34,262 nucleotides of DNA from a virus (Duplodnaviria; Caudoviricetes): the IMG/VR virus record IMGVR_UViG_3300010358_000009, positions 1-34,262 of that record; one strand, 5' to 3'. The first letter of the stretch is position 1. Every line of letters starts with the position of its first letter. Both the position numbers and the translations under genes were made by a program. Positions 33,661-34,262 of the stretch are shown piece by piece. The notes under the pieces are model-generated. The model had not been told where the DNA came from. It did not search any database and saw only the letters and a list, made by a program, of their open reading frames with translations.

Positions 33661-34262
33661 ATGGCGTTCGATAAAGGGTTTTGGAAACCCACTATTAAAC
33701 AAGCTCAATTCCTTTCATTACCTAATTCAATCTTCGAAGGTCTTTACGGAGGTGGTAATGGTAGTGGAAAGAGCGACGTACTATTAGTCTATGGCATAGT
33801 TCATAGATGGCATGAGAACTCTAAGTTCAAACAAGTTTTCATGCGTCGAACTTATCCTGAATTACGTAATGAGATTGTACCAAGAAGTAGGGAGATATAT
33901 CCTAAGTTCGGTGCAACCTTTAATAAGACAGAAATGATATGGACATTCCCTAGACCAGACCAATACGGTGGAACCGGCTTGGCTAATCAGGGAGCCATGA
34001 TATTTCTAAGTCATTGCGAGGAAGAAGATAATGTTCACAATTTCGACTCAATGGAAATCAACTTATTTACACCAGATGAAATCACAACTGACACGGAATA
34101 CATCTACTTATACATTGGATTTACCCGAGTCAGAACCAATGACCCTAACTTGCCTGCTATCATTAGAGCAGCAGGAATGCCTGGTAACATTGGTCACGCG
34201 TGGGTTAAAAAGAGATTCGTAAGTCCATACCCTGCCGGTGGTAGAATTATTATCGGTAGAGG
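33661..34262 (+). CDS. terL: Terminase large subunit, ATPase domain (3' truncated; not in ORF track)
   Basis: MAFDKGFWKPTIKQAQFL; Walker A YGGGNGSGKS; MRRTYPEL; Walker B LFTPDE; AAGMPGNIGHAWVKKRF; open to the end of the window. Confidence 0.93.
   Translation, partial: MAFDKGFWKPTIKQAQFLSLPNSIFEGLYGGGNGSGKSDVLLVYGIVHRWHENSKFKQVFMRRTYPELRNEIVPRSREIYPKFGATFNKTEMIWTFPRPDQYGGTGLANQGAMIFLSHCEEEDNVHNFDSMEINLFTPDEITTDTEYIYLYIGFTRVRTNDPNLPAIIRAAGMPGNIGHAWVKKRFVSPYPAGGRIIIGR

Noticed and set aside
34031-34222. 63-aa ORF in the ORF track
   Set aside because: Out-of-frame shadow inside terL
1-34262. Stop-codon reassignment, introns or inteins
   Set aside because: Core genes are intact in the standard code, all three stops end genes, and polymerase and helicase lengths need no large insertions

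Overview
Most of the genome of a tailed dsDNA phage with a short-tailed (podovirus-type) gene set, opened mid-genome. Roughly 40% GC by eye; portal and capsid genes lie outside the window, and I see no integrase, lysis genes, tRNA or CRISPR. Plus strand 1-12590: head-tail adaptor, tail nozzle, tail fibre, GNAT-like gp13-type gene, three ejection proteins and a PAP2 phosphatase. Minus strand 12531-30617: an ~18 kb cluster with SNF2 helicase, PD-(D/E)XK nuclease, Sak4-like ATPase, SSB-like protein, UDG-fused family A DNA polymerase, DUF3987 helicase and many small genes (two cold-shock proteins, a KGG stress protein, a Tad1/Acb2-hairpin protein, Nmad1). 30618-32429 is a divergent control region, followed by probable TerS and the 5' part of TerL. 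Best candidates for new biology: (1) a consensus sigma-54 promoter for the replication genes with a pair of NrdR-like boxes between it and three enhancer-like sites; (2) a ~415 bp mirror-symmetric putative origin; (3) a tail nozzle apparently split into three genes, with the tail fibre carrying its middle segment; (4) a putative immune-signal sponge; (5) a structured intergenic RNA. I found no GATC in the window. All family assignments come from motif recognition by eye, not database searches.
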